Shown here: piece after piece, positions 62,801-64,000 of the stretch
Layout of the letters: each line of letters begins with the position of its first letter
Numbering within the stretch: the stretch's first letter is position 1
Made by a program: the position numbers and the translations under genes
The notes under the pieces: model-generated
What the model was told of the DNA's origin: nothing
Databases searched by the model: none
Seen by the model: the letters and a program-made list of their open reading frames with translations, nothing else
NCBI GenBank assembly: GCA_964016885.1
Contig: OZ024744.1
Span: 1,178,001-1,242,000, forward strand
DNA from: Eledone cirrhosa
Taxonomy: Eukaryota
Length of the DNA: 64,000 nt
Reading direction: 5' to 3'

Positions 62801-64000
62801 AAATGTAGAGAAAGATAGCTTGGTGAAGAACGACGTTTTGAGGGAAGACAAGGTAGAGATAGATAGCTTGGTGAAGAACGAAGTTTTGAGGGAAGGCAAA
62901 GTAGAGAAAGATAGCTTGGTGAAGAACGAAGTTTTGGAGGAAGACAATGTTGAGAAAGATAGCTTGATGAAGAACGAAGTTTTGGGGGAAGACAAGGTAG
63001 AGAAAGATAGCTTGATGAAGTACGAAGTGTTGGGGGAAGACAAGGTAGAGAAAGATAGCTTGGTGAAGAACGACGTTTTGTGGGAAGACAAGGTAGAGAA
63101 ATATAGTTGGTGAAGAACGAAGTTTTGAGGCAAGACAAGGTAGAGAAAGATAGCTTGGTGAAGAACGAAGTTTTGAGGGAAGACAAGGTAGAGAAAGATA
63201 GCTTGGTGAAGAACGAAGTTTTGGGAGAAGACAATGTAGAGAAAGATAGCTTGGTGAAGAACGAAGTTTTGAGGGAAGACAAGGTAGAGAAAGATAGCTT
63301 GGTGAAGAACGAAGTTTTGGGGTAAGACAAGGTAGAGAAAGATAGCTTGGTGAAGAACGAAGTTTTGAGGGAAGACAAGGTATAGAAAGAGAGCTTGATG
63401 AAGAACGAAGTTTTGAGGGAAGACAAGGTAGAGAAAGATAGCTTGATGAAGTACGAAATATTGGGGGAAGACAAGGTAGAGAAAGATAGCTTGGTGAAGA
63501 ACGAAGTTTTGAGGGAAGACAAGGTAGAGAAAGATAGCTTGATGAAGAACGAAGTTTTGAGGGAAGACAAGGTAGAGAAAGATAGCTTGGTGAAGAACGA
63601 AGTTTTGAGGGAAGACAAGGTAGAGAAAGATAGCTTGGTGAAGAACGAAGTTTTGAGGGAAGACAAGGTAGAGAAAGATAGTTGGTGAAGAACGAAGTTT
63701 TGAGGGAAGACAAGGTAGAGAAAGATAGCTTGGTGAAGAACGACGTTTTGAGGGAAGACAAGGTAGAGAAAGATAGCTTGGTGAAGAACGAAGTTTTGAG
63801 GGAAGACAAGGTAGAGAAAGATAGCTTGGTGAAGAACGAAGTTTTGGGGGAAGACAAGGTAGAGAAAGATAGCTTGGTGAAGAACGAAGTTTTGAGGGAA
63901 GACAAGGTAGAGAAAGATAGCTTGGTGAAGAACGAAGTTTTGAGGGAAGACAAGGTAGAAAAGGATAGCTTGGTGAAGAACAACGTTTTGGGGGAAGACA

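Larger units (their letters stand above)
1..64000. repeat. 48-bp tandem satellite DNA array, head-to-tail, ~1,335 monomers, runs off both window ends
   Basis: The consensus TTGGTGAAGAACGAAGTTTTGAGGGAAGACAAGGTAGAGAAAGATAGC recurs every 48 bp (47 bp in single-base-deletion variants) from base 1 to 64000. Most monomers are within 0-3 substitutions of consensus, and I saw no intervening non-repeat sequence. Confidence 0.99.

Noticed and set aside
22-63688. Many plus-strand (VKNEVLREDKVEKDSL)n ORFs resembling a Glu/Lys-rich repeat antigen or a gene cluster
   Set aside because: ORF ends coincide with 47-bp monomers or amplified stop variants. Starts are mostly TTG codons inside the repeat, and there are no unique termini, intergenic DNA or synonymous bias.
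50-63983. Giant minus-strand ORFs (up to 3373 aa) overlapping in all three frames
   Set aside because: The consensus + strand lacks TTA, CTA and TCA, so every - frame is open by composition. The ORFs cycle through three repeat peptides at each 1-bp deletion and contain no non-repetitive domain.
1-64000. CRISPR array or other repeat-spacer system
   Set aside because: Monomers abut directly with no unique spacers, no leader and no cas genes, and the repeat is not palindromic.
1-64000. Programmed frameshifting or phase variation linking the successive plus-strand ORFs
   Set aside because: It would need on the order of a hundred recoding events plus stop read-through. Block duplication of a few deletion monomers explains the pattern more simply.
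1-64000. Embedded transposon, rDNA, tRNA or inverted segment
   Set aside because: I found no departure from the 48-bp register or from the purine-rich strand orientation anywhere in the window.

Overview
The entire 64 kb window is one uninterrupted, single-orientation tandem satellite array of a 48-bp monomer (consensus TTGGTGAAGAACGAAGTTTTGAGGGAAGACAAGGTAGAGAAAGATAGC; about 1,335 copies; 19 A, 17 G, 9 T, 3 C, so 75% purine on the + strand and ~42% GC). I saw no unique sequence, gene, RNA gene, transposon, CRISPR spacer or inversion. All ORFs in the track are by-products of the repeat. The monomer is 16 codons long and one + frame has no stop. The consensus + strand also lacks TTA/CTA/TCA, so all three - frames are open. 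The real information lies in the order of variant monomers. It shows nested higher-order repeats (96, 240, 431, 576, 1391, 1581, 1628, 2586, 4549-4932, 4601-4648 and 4743 bp), long-range block copies (6.5 kb and 27.8 kb apart), and a switch of variant families at about 42-43 kb. This is most consistent with a eukaryotic heterochromatic (centromeric, pericentromeric or subtelomeric) satellite with actively evolving higher-order structure. I do not recognise the family and cannot assign organism or function from sequence alone. Block boundaries were read by eye and are approximate to about one monomer.
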